From NCBI GenBank assembly GCA_964653915.1, contig CAZZGC010000002.1, positions 1-41,438 on the forward strand: DNA of 41,438 nt. The letters are read 5' to 3'. Below, in pieces: positions 1-9,207 of this stretch. The stretch is from an uncultured Thermodesulfovibrio sp. Its GTDB lineage: Bacteria; Nitrospirota; Thermodesulfovibrionia; UBA6902. Position 1 is the first letter of the stretch, and the number at the start of each line of letters is the position of its first letter. The notes beneath the pieces were generated by a model that had not been told where the DNA came from, did not search any database, and worked only from the letters and a program-made list of their open reading frames with translations. Made by a program: the position numbers and the translations under genes.

Positions 1-450
1 GTTGAACTCGGAGGCGCGCTCAAAAACGTCATGGCGATAGCCTCCGGAATATCGGATGGCCTTGGTTTCGGCACGAGTACAAGGGCGGCCCTTATCACAA
101 GGGGGCTGGCCGAGATGATCCGGCTTGGTGAGGCGATCGGCGCCGACCGGCAGACCTTCAGCGGCCTGAGCGGACTCGGCGATCTCGTACTTACGTGCAC
201 GAGCAACCTTTCCAGGAACTATACCGTGGGATTCCGGCTCGGCAGCGGGGAGAAACTCGAAGATATACTTGCGGGGATGAAGATGGTAGCTGAAGGCGTG
301 GCGACATCGAGATCGGCATACGAACTCGCAATCAGGAACAACGTGGAGATGCCGATTGTCGAGCAGATATTCCGTGTGGTCAATGAAGGCAGGGCGCCGG
401 CAGACGCTGTCAGGGATCTGATGACGCGCAGCCTCAAGTCGGAGTATTGA
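1..450 (+). CDS. gpsA: NAD(P)H-dependent glycerol-3-phosphate dehydrogenase, C-terminal part (5' end outside window)
   Basis: Frame 1 is open from base 1 (VELGGALKNVMAIASGI...), so the listed ORF 31..450 begins at an internal Met. 'GALKNV.AIA.G', 'ALITRGLAEM.RLG', 'GLGDLVLTCTS..SRN' and 'VAEG' match the GpsA C-terminal domain. Confidence 0.85.
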   Translation, partial: VELGGALKNVMAIASGISDGLGFGTSTRAALITRGLAEMIRLGEAIGADRQTFSGLSGLGDLVLTCTSNLSRNYTVGFRLGSGEKLEDILAGMKMVAEGVATSRSAYELAIRNNVEMPIVEQIFRVVNEGRAPADAVRDLMTRSLKSEY

Positions 451-462
451 GGAATTATATTC

Positions 463-1230
463 ATGGACAGCAACTCCCTGCGAAAAATTCTCAAGTCTTT
501 GAAGGACGGTAAATTAAGCCTGAGCGAGGCGACGGATCGTCTAAAGCATCTTCCTTATGAAAATCTCGGGATGGCGAGGATCGATCATCACAGGGAGCTT
601 CGCCACGGAATACCCGAGGTGATCTATGCTTCCGGCAAGAGAGCGGCCGACATAAAGGCCATAGCAACCTCTCTCATTCAGAAGAGCGGGAAGCTGATGA
701 TAACGAAGGCCGATCAATCGGTTTTCAGACATGTGTCAGCACTCTGCAGGAAGAAGGGGGTTAAGGCGGTGCTTCATGAACGCTCCGGTATGATTACCGC
801 CGGTGGTGCCAAACGTAAAACGGGGCTTGTGGCTGTGATCTGTGCGGGCACCTCCGACCTGCCGATAGCTGAAGAGGCCGTTGTTACGGCAGAGTTCCTC
901 GGAAGCAAAGTGGAATCTGTTGTCGACGCCGGTGTGGCAGGACTTCACAGGCTGATAGGTTCGCGGGATCTTCTGTCAGAGGCTAATGTGCTTGTCGTGG
1001 TTGCCGGTATGGAGGGTGCCCTTCCGTCAGTTATAGGGGGGATGACCGACAGGCCGATAATTGCAGTACCCACATCGGTAGGTTATGGGTCGAGTCTTGG
1101 CGGGTTTACGGCCCTGTTTGCCATGCTGAACTCATGCGTACCGGGTATAGCGGTAATGAACATCGACAACGGATTCGGCGCAGGGGTACTCGCGCATAAG
1201 ATAAATCTGATGAAGGTAAGAGGTAAGTGA
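463..1230 (+). CDS. larB: LarB-type (PurE/AIR-carboxylase-like) nickel-pincer cofactor biosynthesis protein
   Basis: 255 aa. It has a PurE-like core ('GLVAVICAGTSDLPIAEEAVVTAEFLG', 'VVVAGMEGALPSVIGG') behind the ~110-aa N-terminal extension typical of LarB. larC lies directly downstream. Confidence 0.8.
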   Translation: MDSNSLRKILKSLKDGKLSLSEATDRLKHLPYENLGMARIDHHRELRHGIPEVIYASGKRAADIKAIATSLIQKSGKLMITKADQSVFRHVSALCRKKGVKAVLHERSGMITAGGAKRKTGLVAVICAGTSDLPIAEEAVVTAEFLGSKVESVVDAGVAGLHRLIGSRDLLSEANVLVVVAGMEGALPSVIGGMTDRPIIAVPTSVGYGSSLGGFTALFAMLNSCVPGIAVMNIDNGFGAGVLAHKINLMKVRGK

Positions 1231-1306
1231 TATGGGGTAAGGTAAATGGAAATTTATTTATTGAATAAATACGTACCTCTTGCCACTTATCCCATACAAC
1301 CAACTT

Positions 1307-2500
1307 ATGATTGCGTATTTTGACTGTTTTTCCGGAATAAGCGGGGATATGACCCTCGGCGCGCTCGTCGATGCCGGCGCCTCCTTTGATTCTCTGAAGA
1401 AGATGCTTGCCCGGCTGCCGGTCAAGGGTTACCGCCTTCAAAAGAGAGAGGTCAGAAAGGCTGGTTTTGCCGCCACGAAGGTGGATGTACTGCTCCCGAA
1501 ACAGAAGGGTCGGCAGGAACTGAGACGGTGGCGTGATGTGCGCAGTGTGATAGACTCCGCATCTCTGCCGGCTGTCATGCGAAAAAAGGGCAAAGAGATC
1601 TTTCGCAACCTTTTCGAGGCAGAGGCGGAAGTCCATGGAAGCAGGTATGACAGAGTGCATCTGCATGAGCTCGCAGCGGTGGACTGTATAGTCGATATAA
1701 TGGGCTCTCTCATATGCCTCGATCTTCTGGGTATAGATGAGATTCATTCATCGGCCGTGAATACCGGCGGAGGCAGCGTCAGCACGGAACATGGCGTCAT
1801 ACCTGTACCTGCGCCTGCCGCCGTGAGGCTGCTCAAAGACGTGCCGGTCTATTCATCTTCGGAAGCCCTCGAACTGACAACACCTACAGGTGCAGCGTTA
1901 ATATCATATCTTTCATCTTCATTCGGGACGATGCCGCTTATGAAAATCAGCTCTGCCGGCACCGGCGCAGGTGATCTGGATCTGCCGGGCCGTCCTAATG
2001 TCCTCCGGGTAATCGTAGGTGAAAAGATGGCCGGGGATATGATGCGTTCAGAAGACATGGTGACTGTTATAGAGACGAACATAGACGACATGAACCCGCA
2101 GATTTACGAATATCTGAGTGACAGGCTGTTCGGCGCCGGTGCGCTCGATGTCTTCCTGACTCAGATAGTAATGAAAAAGTCCCGTCCGGCGGTAAAACTC
2201 AGTGTGATCTGTGAAGACGATCAGGAAACGGTCGGGCTTTTGTCGCGCCTGATACTCACTGAGACATCGAGCATAGGGCTGAGACACTACAGGGCGAGGC
2301 GCGAGGTGCTCGGAAGAGAGACAAGAAAGATATCGACGCCTCTTGGTGTCGCGAGAGTGAAGGTGACGCGGCGTGACAAGTCGCAATGGCGAATAGTTCC
2401 GGAGTACGATGATTGCGTGAAGCTGGCGCGCAAAAAAAAGCTGCCACTTGCAGAGGTGATGAGGATAGTCGAACAGACGGCGAGGGAAAAGCTCCTCTGA
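1307..2500 (+). CDS. larC: LarC-type nickel insertion protein (DUF111 family)
   Basis: 'MIAYFDCFSGISGDMTLGALVDAGA' is the LarC/DUF111 N-terminal signature. I prefer the ATG at 1307 over the TTG at 1280 used by the ORF track. It is a single unsplit polypeptide. Confidence 0.8.
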   Translation: MIAYFDCFSGISGDMTLGALVDAGASFDSLKKMLARLPVKGYRLQKREVRKAGFAATKVDVLLPKQKGRQELRRWRDVRSVIDSASLPAVMRKKGKEIFRNLFEAEAEVHGSRYDRVHLHELAAVDCIVDIMGSLICLDLLGIDEIHSSAVNTGGGSVSTEHGVIPVPAPAAVRLLKDVPVYSSSEALELTTPTGAALISYLSSSFGTMPLMKISSAGTGAGDLDLPGRPNVLRVIVGEKMAGDMMRSEDMVTVIETNIDDMNPQIYEYLSDRLFGAGALDVFLTQIVMKKSRPAVKLSVICEDDQETVGLLSRLILTETSSIGLRHYRARREVLGRETRKISTPLGVARVKVTRRDKSQWRIVPEYDDCVKLARKKKLPLAEVMRIVEQTAREKLL

Positions 2501-2520
2501 CTCTTTTTTTACTTAACTCG

Positions 2521-3999
2521 TCACTTCCCCGCGCTTACAGTTACGAATATGGTCGACCCCCGCCTGTATACAAGCAGAAGCAGGTCTTCTTCAGGCTTTA
2601 CCTTTGAGACGATTCTTTCATAATCATCTATGCCGGCTATCGCTTTTCTGTTGATCTCCAGTATGACATCGCCGGGCATCAACGCGGTTTCTGCAGGACT
2701 TCCCGGTTCGATATCTGTAACGACCACTCCCCTCATCTTTGCCGGAATGTCGAGCTGTCTGTAGATATCGGGAGTCAGGTTCTGCACGCTGACTCCTTTC
2801 AGTGCGTTTTCTATCTCAGCGGCGGCCTTTACCGCACCTGTAGGCAGTTCACCGATCTCTACTGTAAGGGTCGTCTCCTCCCCGTCTCTGATGACAGTGA
2901 GCTCCACGTCTGTGCCGGGCGGTGTTTCAGCCACAAGGTTCCTCAGTGTGAACGGATCGTTGACCTTCCTGCCGTTGAATGCCGTAATCACGTCCCCCCT
3001 TTCAAGACCGCCTTTTGCGGCGGGGCTTCCCTCAACCACATCGGCAACGAGAGTGCCCTCACCAGTTTCAAGCTGAAACTGCTCGGCCAGTTCCTGCGTG
3101 ATCTCCTGAATTGAGACCCCGAGCCAGCCGCGGATTACGCGGCCTTTTTCTATAAGGCTGTTCATAACGATGCGGGCCATGTTGCTCGGGATGGCGAAAC
3201 CGATTCCCTGATAGCCGCCGGAGGTGCTGAAGATCGCCGTGTTTATACCGATCAGTTCTCCCATTGCATTGACCAGGGCGCCTCCTGAATTCCCTGGATT
3301 AATGGCGGCGTCGGTCTGTATGAAGTCCTCGTAATCCGCGATACCGACATTGGCTCTGCCAACGGCGCTGACGATTCCCATCGTTATCGTCTGGTTCAAT
3401 CCATAGGGGTTGCCGATAGCAAGAACCAGTTCCCCCACACGCAACCTGTCGGAGTTGCCGATCGATATGGCGGTCAGTCCCCCGGCATCGATCTTGATCA
3501 CGGCAAGATCGGTTTTCGGGTCACTGCCTACCACCTTGCCCTCGAACTTCCGCTTGTCGGACAGAAGTACCCTGATACTGTCGGCTTTTTTTATAACGTG
3601 GTAATTTGTGAGTATATATCCGTTGTTCGACACGATAACACCGGAGCCGAGGCTGATTGCCTTCCGTTCACGCTGAGGCCTGCTGCGGCTGAACTGGTCA
3701 CCAAAGAATCTTCTGAACAAGGGATCGTTGAACAAAGGCGAATAAGGGGCGGAACTCACCTTTTCGGTTCTCATTGAGGATATGTTGACGACCGATGGCC
3801 CTACAACCGCTGCAATCTCGGCCATGGCCCTGCCGGTCTTCTGGAGAAATTCAACCGATTCCGGAGATATGCGGGGAGCACTCATCACGTCTTCCGATCT
3901 ATATCCTGCAAGAGCATAAGAAGATGATAATCCTAATATAAGGGTGAGGGTCAGGATGGTAACCGTCAGGATAGTGAAATCTGTTTTTCCGCGTATCAT
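2521..3999 (-). CDS. htrA: Periplasmic HtrA/DegP/DegQ-family serine endoprotease with two PDZ domains
   Basis: 492 aa with an N-terminal signal/anchor. Trypsin-like catalytic motifs are present ('TNYHVI', 'DLAVIKI', 'GNSGGALVN'), followed by two PDZ-like repeats. SD AAGGAGA lies upstream of the ATG at 3999. Confidence 0.9.
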   Translation of the reverse strand: MIRGKTDFTILTVTILTLTLILGLSSSYALAGYRSEDVMSAPRISPESVEFLQKTGRAMAEIAAVVGPSVVNISSMRTEKVSSAPYSPLFNDPLFRRFFGDQFSRSRPQRERKAISLGSGVIVSNNGYILTNYHVIKKADSIRVLLSDKRKFEGKVVGSDPKTDLAVIKIDAGGLTAISIGNSDRLRVGELVLAIGNPYGLNQTITMGIVSAVGRANVGIADYEDFIQTDAAINPGNSGGALVNAMGELIGINTAIFSTSGGYQGIGFAIPSNMARIVMNSLIEKGRVIRGWLGVSIQEITQELAEQFQLETGEGTLVADVVEGSPAAKGGLERGDVITAFNGRKVNDPFTLRNLVAETPPGTDVELTVIRDGEETTLTVEIGELPTGAVKAAAEIENALKGVSVQNLTPDIYRQLDIPAKMRGVVVTDIEPGSPAETALMPGDVILEINRKAIAGIDDYERIVSKVKPEEDLLLLVYRRGSTIFVTVSAGK

Positions 4000-4120
4000 T
4001 TTATTCTCCTTGAAGGCATTGGCTGAACTGTTTGCTGTGATATATTTTCAGTCCGATGAAATCCCTTTAGAACGACTGTAGCTCCATTATATAACCTGGA
4101 GTATTGTGAGTCAATGAAAT

Positions 4121-5902
4121 ATGCCGCTGCTTTACAAAGCGAGGGTTCTGAATTATATTAATCACTGTTGTTATGAGGTCGGGAAATTGAAAAAATTGAG
4201 GATTGCGCTGGCACAGATAAATCCCACTGTTGGGGATCTCGATGGGAACACCCGCAGGATCAAGTCATTAATCCGGAAGGCGAAGGCAAAGAAGGCAGAT
4301 ATCATAGCCTTTCCTGAGCTGGCCGTTACGGGATACCCGCCTGAAGATCTGATTCTGAAGCCCCGGTTTATTAGCGATAATCTGAAATGTATCGATGAGA
4401 TAGCCATGTGCTCCAGAGGCATTATCACGGTTGCGGGTTTTTGCGACAGCAATCAGGGTATTTACAATGCAGCGGCTGTCATGGCGGATGGGCGGGTCAT
4501 TGACGTCTATCACAAGATACATCTGCCGAATTATGGAGTGTTTGATGAATATCGCTATTTCAGGCCCGGCCGGCGGTGTCCTGTCTTCAGAATAGACGGC
4601 ATTAAAGCGGGTGTTAGCGTCTGTGAGGATATCTGGCACAGGAAGACCCCTGTGCGGGAGCAGGCCCTCAACGGGGCAAGTCTCATTATCAATATAAATG
4701 CTTCTCCCTATCACAGCGGTAAATCCTCTCTGAGGCTGCAACATGTGTCGAGGGTTGCCCGCAAATACGGTGTGGTTATCGCTTATGTCAACATGGCCGG
4801 CGGGCAGGATGAGCTTATATTTGACGGGGGAAGTTTTATTGTTGACTCTGATGGCAATTTGCTGGTCTCAGCGGTACAGTTTGATGAAACACTTGTCATG
4901 GCTGACCTGAATCTTAAAAGGAAGAAGAGAAATGTCAGCCTGAGCGATTCTGCTGTTCCGGCGAAGACCCATCCTGTATTCGTTACCGTGCCCCACAAAT
5001 TGAATGCTTATGGGAAACCGGGATTCAGAAACAGGGCCGTCAGGAGTCTTCAGCGGGAAGAGGAAGTATATAATGCCCTCAGGCTCGGCACCGCAGACTA
5101 TGTGAGAAAGAACGGCTTCAGGGGTGTTGTCATCGGGATAAGCGGGGGAGTGGATTCAGCTCTTGTTGCGACAATTGCCGCCGACGCTTTAGGAGCCGAA
5201 AATGTGAACGGCTTGTTCATGCCGTCAAAATACACGTCCAGGGAAAGCCGGGAAGACTCTCATGGCCTTGCCCGCTCTCTTGGGATGAAACTGACCGAGA
5301 TACCGATAGACGATATATTCAGAGTATATTTAGATACATTGTCAGTACATTTCAAGGGAAGAGAACATGACATCACGGAGGAAAACCTGCAGGCCCGCAT
5401 ACGTGGAAACATCCTTATGGCGTTTTCCAACAAGTTCGGGTGGCTCGTGCTGACAACAGGGAATAAATCGGAGATGAGTGTAGGTTATGCCACACTCTAC
5501 GGAGACATGGCCGGTGGTTTCGCCGTGATAAAGGATGTCCCCAAGACTTTGGTTTATGACCTATGCCGGTGGAGAAACGACAGAGAGGGCAGGGCACTGA
5601 TTCCGGAGCGTATCCTCCTGAAGGAACCGAGCGCCGAGCTCAAGCCAGACCAGAGAGACACGGATTCACTCCCGCCCTATCCGGTGCTGGATCCCGTGTT
5701 GAAGGCATATGTGGAGGAGGACCGCTCTTTCGGTGAGATAATAGATATGGGTTGCGATGCGGAGTGCGTTCGCAGAGTCGTGTCCATGGTTGACCATTCG
5801 GAGTATAAAAGGCGCCAGGCACCACCCGGCATAAAGATTACCCAGAGAGCCTTCGGCAAGGACAGGAGATTTCCTATCACTAACAGATACAGAAACTATT
5901 GA
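4121..5902 (+). CDS. nadE: Glutamine-dependent NAD+ synthetase (N-terminal nitrilase/CN-hydrolase domain plus NAD synthetase domain)
   Basis: CN-hydrolase motifs ('FPELAVTGYPPEDL', 'GVSVCEDIW') and the PP-loop 'GISGGVDSALVA'. The true start may be the TTG at 4187 ('LKKLRIALAQINP...', GAGG upstream); the first 22 codons of the listed ORF look non-homologous. Confidence 0.9.
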   Translation: MPLLYKARVLNYINHCCYEVGKLKKLRIALAQINPTVGDLDGNTRRIKSLIRKAKAKKADIIAFPELAVTGYPPEDLILKPRFISDNLKCIDEIAMCSRGIITVAGFCDSNQGIYNAAAVMADGRVIDVYHKIHLPNYGVFDEYRYFRPGRRCPVFRIDGIKAGVSVCEDIWHRKTPVREQALNGASLIININASPYHSGKSSLRLQHVSRVARKYGVVIAYVNMAGGQDELIFDGGSFIVDSDGNLLVSAVQFDETLVMADLNLKRKKRNVSLSDSAVPAKTHPVFVTVPHKLNAYGKPGFRNRAVRSLQREEEVYNALRLGTADYVRKNGFRGVVIGISGGVDSALVATIAADALGAENVNGLFMPSKYTSRESREDSHGLARSLGMKLTEIPIDDIFRVYLDTLSVHFKGREHDITEENLQARIRGNILMAFSNKFGWLVLTTGNKSEMSVGYATLYGDMAGGFAVIKDVPKTLVYDLCRWRNDREGRALIPERILLKEPSAELKPDQRDTDSLPPYPVLDPVLKAYVEEDRSFGEIIDMGCDAECVRRVVSMVDHSEYKRRQAPPGIKITQRAFGKDRRFPITNRYRNY

Positions 5903-5974
5903 CGATCGAACCGGTTCCCGCCTTTTCGATTTCTTTTTGTCAAAAATACTTCGAATATGTAAAATAGATGCGTT

Positions 5975-6262
5975 GTGATCGGGGACATGAAGGCAAGGGC
6001 GAAGGGATACTGTGGGATTTTCGTTGCGCTGGCCATGATGTTTTTTACACAGTGCGGTGGCACGGTTGATAACGAAAGTCTGCCACATGAAGACAGAGGA
6101 GAGTTCCGGCAGCTCCTTGAAATAAGGCCGGAGAAGCCAGTTCATATAAAGGTGAAGCGCAATGCCTCGGGGAGGTACTCCTGGGAGCTGAGCGGCGATG
6201 ATCCTGACAGGATCTTGGAAGCGAACAAGAAGATATCGGATTCTCTGGAGGTGCAGAAGTGA
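5975..6262 (+). CDS. Small hypothetical exported/lipoprotein-like protein
   Basis: 95 codons (83 from the ATG at 5987), with a signal-like 'GIFVALAMMFFTQCGG'. Its stop overlaps the GTG start of the next gene (GTGA at 6259-6262). No recognisable family. Confidence 0.4.
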   Translation: MIGDMKARAKGYCGIFVALAMMFFTQCGGTVDNESLPHEDRGEFRQLLEIRPEKPVHIKVKRNASGRYSWELSGDDPDRILEANKKISDSLEVQK

Positions 6263-6726
6263 TAAGTGTAGAGTTCATTAACCCGTTTCTCTCATCGATA
6301 TTGAACGTTCTCTCAACCATGGCCTCTCTGAAGGCTGAACCGGGTAAGCCCGAGATCAAGAAAACGAATATAGCCAAAGGTGACGTCACCGGCCTGATCG
6401 GCATGGCCAGTGAGCAGGCAAAAGGGACACTGGCTATCACATTTACCGAGCCCGTCATCCTCGATATTGCGAAGCGGATGCTTCATGAGGAATTCCAGAC
6501 TGTGGACTCAACCGTGACGGATCTCGTCGGCGAAATAACCAATATGGTTACGGGTGGCGCCAAGAGGATTCTCAGCGAACAGGGATACCGTTTCGACATG
6601 GCTATCCCCTCTGTTGTGGCAGGCAAGGGCCATACGATCAGACACAAGTCTAAAGCACCTATAATTATGGTGCCGTTCAATACTGAAGCCGGTTCCTTTT
6701 TTGTAGAGGTCTGCTTTGAGGATTAG
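6259..6726 (+). CDS. cheX: CheX/CheC-family chemotaxis phosphatase-like protein
   Basis: 155 aa. 'INPFL.S...VL.TM', 'GDVTGLIGM', 'GEITNMVTGGAK' and 'DMAIPSVVAG' follow the CheX pattern (compare Thermotoga CheX 'IGELGNMTAGK', 'ITPPTVVSG'). Confidence 0.72.
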   Translation: MISVEFINPFLSSILNVLSTMASLKAEPGKPEIKKTNIAKGDVTGLIGMASEQAKGTLAITFTEPVILDIAKRMLHEEFQTVDSTVTDLVGEITNMVTGGAKRILSEQGYRFDMAIPSVVAGKGHTIRHKSKAPIIMVPFNTEAGSFFVEVCFED

Positions 6727-7838
6727 ATTGTACGCCTGACGTATCCTTCGATCAGGATATCTTCTCCCGTCTTTGTTGCCGTCAGATTTTCAAGCAATAT
6801 GGAGTCTTTGATGAATCGCGGTGCCTTGCCGCCTATCGATGACACAGCATCGTCCCCCCCGATGATTTTAGGTGCAATATAAAACATAACTTTGTCTACG
6901 ATTCCTGCCCGCACGGCGGATGCGGCTATCCTCGATCCCCCTTCTATCATGACACTCATTATGCCGTGACTGCCTATTTCTTTCATAAGGGCCTTGAGAT
7001 CGACATGTTCTGACCGTTTTTTTACTGTTATTACTTTAGCTCCGGCTGAAAGCAGTTTTTTCTTCCTGTCGTCCGGTGCATCCCCTGTCGTGGCTATTAT
7101 TGTGCGGCAATCATCATGGGAGAGTAGTTTCGCCTTCACCGGGATCCTCAGTGAGGTATCGACAATAATCCGGTAGGGGTTTCTGCCTCCGCTGATGCGG
7201 CAGTCGAGCGAAGGATCGTCGCTGATCACCGTTCCTACTCCAACCATGACAGCGTCGTATTCGTTACGCATCCGGTGAACATGTCTTCGTGCCTTTTCAC
7301 CGGTGATCCATTTGGAGTCACCCGATGAAGCAGCTATCTTACCATCGAGGCTCTGGGCTATCTTGAGAGTTACAAAAGGAAGACCGGTCGTAATGAATTT
7401 TGTGAAGTCCTCGTTCAGCCTTTTGGCCTCATTCTTCATCACGCCGGTGATTGTTTCAATGCCCGCCTTTTTCAGCAACCGGATTCCCTTGCCAGCGACC
7501 ATGGGGTTGGGATCACGCATGGCGATGACCACCCGCATGACATCCGCCCGGATAAGCGCGTCGGTGCATGGAGGGGTTCTCTTGCCTGTATGGCAACATG
7601 GCTCGAGAGTAACATAGACGGTTGCATCAACGGCGGCTTTCCCAGCTTTTTTCAGGGCAACCACCTCTGCGTGCGCAGTACCGGCTTTCCTGTGATAGCC
7701 TTCTCCGACAATACGGTTGTCTTTTACGATTACGGCGCCTACTGCCGGATTGGGACTTGTTCGTCCCTTTCCCTTTCGGGCCAGGTCGAGTGCTCTCGCC
7801 ATGAAGTATTCATCCATATTTACTGAGTTTTTTTTCAT
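6723..7838 (-). CDS. ribD: Bifunctional riboflavin biosynthesis protein RibD (pyrimidine deaminase / uracil reductase)
   Basis: Deaminase zinc motifs 'HAEVVAL' and 'TLEPCCHTGKRTPPC', followed by a C-terminal RibD reductase domain. The start could also be Met8 (7817, 'MDEYFMARAL'). Confidence 0.92.
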   Translation of the reverse strand: MKKNSVNMDEYFMARALDLARKGKGRTSPNPAVGAVIVKDNRIVGEGYHRKAGTAHAEVVALKKAGKAAVDATVYVTLEPCCHTGKRTPPCTDALIRADVMRVVIAMRDPNPMVAGKGIRLLKKAGIETITGVMKNEAKRLNEDFTKFITTGLPFVTLKIAQSLDGKIAASSGDSKWITGEKARRHVHRMRNEYDAVMVGVGTVISDDPSLDCRISGGRNPYRIIVDTSLRIPVKAKLLSHDDCRTIIATTGDAPDDRKKKLLSAGAKVITVKKRSEHVDLKALMKEIGSHGIMSVMIEGGSRIAASAVRAGIVDKVMFYIAPKIIGGDDAVSSIGGKAPRFIKDSILLENLTATKTGEDILIEGYVRRTI

Positions 7839-7896
7839 AGAGGTTTTATTATAGGACAGGAAAAGCGGGAAAAGCGAGAAAGGCGGAAAGGTGCTA

Positions 7897-8673
7897 TCAC
7901 GGCAGGGGGGCGTGGATCGGGATTACGTAGTAGCCGGGGGAGACGATATATTTACCTATCATCATAGATTCCAGAGGAGTTAATTTGTCCATATCCGGCA
8001 TTACTTCAAGAGCGAGGTCCATGATGCCGTTGTTTATGCTGCCTCTTAGTCGCGCATGTCCCTTGCCCCCATCAAGACTGACCGATTCGAGCTTTATGAC
8101 GTTGTCAGAGACCACGACCGCACCCTGTATTGATCTGAAGGAGGTTACGAACGGAACGACCGCAAGTGCTTCATCCCCGATCCCGAGATCCGGGACCTGG
8201 AACCTGATCGTGGCTTTGCTCCTGTCAAAACTGATATCAGCTGTCATGGTTCCTTTTATATTCATGCCGAATCTCATAATGGTTGGAATACCGGATAGCG
8301 CTGCATCACGAATCCTGAGAAATCCGTCGCCGTCAACCGATATTTCGCCGTGTATGGTGCCTCCGCTGATCGAGCCGTCAAGCCTGTAGGTCAGATTCCT
8401 TTTTTTCAGCGTGGCTGCCGAGGGAGATGCCGAAACTTTTTCTATATACAGTGCAGGACTGTTTTGCATGGACAGGGTCAATCTTTCCGCCGAAAGGGAA
8501 AAGAAGATCCCCTTGTTCATGCCTTGAATTGCAAGAGCGAAGTTGCTCCCCGGTCTCGATGCTGCCTGTTCGATACTTTCCTGAAGCAGGGATCCAGGGA
8601 TTACGATAAGCCAGGCAAGTATCACGATCAGTATGATGACCGGAGGAACTATGAAAATTTTACGAAGCTGCAT
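7897..8673 (-). CDS. gspN: T2SS cluster 1: GspN-like protein
   Basis: 258 aa with a single N-terminal TM helix. It is the last gene after gspM in a canonical C-to-N gene order. The call rests mostly on position and size. Confidence 0.5.
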   Translation of the reverse strand: MQLRKIFIVPPVIILIVILAWLIVIPGSLLQESIEQAASRPGSNFALAIQGMNKGIFFSLSAERLTLSMQNSPALYIEKVSASPSAATLKKRNLTYRLDGSISGGTIHGEISVDGDGFLRIRDAALSGIPTIMRFGMNIKGTMTADISFDRSKATIRFQVPDLGIGDEALAVVPFVTSFRSIQGAVVVSDNVIKLESVSLDGGKGHARLRGSINNGIMDLALEVMPDMDKLTPLESMMIGKYIVSPGYYVIPIHAPLP

Positions 8674-8694
8674 TACTACACCCTAAAAAATGGA

Positions 8695-9207
8695 TCATTT
8701 TGAAGGCAGGGATATCGTAAGATTCAGTGTGAACTTCTCCTGCTCTTCGAAATCAGCCCGCATCTTCATTCCCCGGATAATGATAGGAGCCGGGGAACTC
8801 CTGAGCCTGTAAAGCAGGTTTACTATCGCGTTAAGGTCGATCTTTTCAACCTCTACTTCCGCTCTCTCTTCAATGAATCCATTAGTCTTTTTTCGTTCGA
8901 GCGGTTTTATAATGCTGGCCTTTATGTCGATTGATTCGAGTATATCGCTTATCTCGGACACTACGCCCCGTGAGCGGTGCGCGGCTATCTTTTTTTCCAT
9001 ATCCCTGACGAAACCCACTGCTTCAGATGCCTTGCTGCCGAGAGACTTGATCTGTCCGATCTGTTTTTCCAAGTCATTGTTGGTGACTTGCTGACCTTTG
9101 GTCATGACAGTCAGAGTTACTATGATAAATATACCCGCCAGAGATAGGATAAACATCACAATCGTTTGTCTGTCCAGGCTTTGAAGAAGACGGGCGTCAA
9201 TTTTCAT
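8695..9207 (-). CDS. gspM: T2SS cluster 1: GspM-like inner-membrane protein
   Basis: 170 aa with an N-terminal TM ('IVMFILSLAGIFIIVTLTV') and a coiled/ferredoxin-like periplasmic part. It overlaps the gspL stop by 11 nt. Confidence 0.6.
   Translation of the reverse strand: MKIDARLLQSLDRQTIVMFILSLAGIFIIVTLTVMTKGQQVTNNDLEKQIGQIKSLGSKASEAVGFVRDMEKKIAAHRSRGVVSEISDILESIDIKASIIKPLERKKTNGFIEERAEVEVEKIDLNAIVNLLYRLRSSPAPIIIRGMKMRADFEEQEKFTLNLTISLPSK

Noticed and set aside
1106-1747. 213-aa ORF antisense to the larB end and larC start
   Set aside because: It overlaps two well-supported plus-strand genes and crosses their intergenic gap, and it has no motif support.
463-2500. larB-larC without larE or a larA-type racemase nearby
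   Set aside because: The lar genes are frequently dispersed, so their absence from a 41-kb window is uninformative.
2470-2520. Possible shared terminator between convergent larC and htrA (GAGG...CCTC followed by CTCTTTTTTT)
   Set aside because: The stem is only 4 bp and the gap between the two stop codons is just 20 nt. This cannot be supported.
5905-5939. Possible terminator after nadE (ATCGAA-14 nt-TTCGAT followed by TTCTTTTT)
   Set aside because: The stem is 6 bp and AT-rich with a large loop. It is too weak to report as a feature.
7859-7891. Purine-rich 9-mer repeats GGAAAAGCG-GGAAAAGCG-AGAAAGGCG-GAAAGG between gspN and ribD
   Set aside because: The repeats are real in the sequence but short and low-complexity. 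They have no dyad symmetry and no association with a recognisable promoter element. They could simply be a pyrimidine-rich spacer on the coding strand.
7839-7896. Looked for an FMN riboswitch upstream of ribD
   Set aside because: The gap is only 58 nt and lacks the conserved FMN-element helices. ribD genes located outside rib operons often have none.
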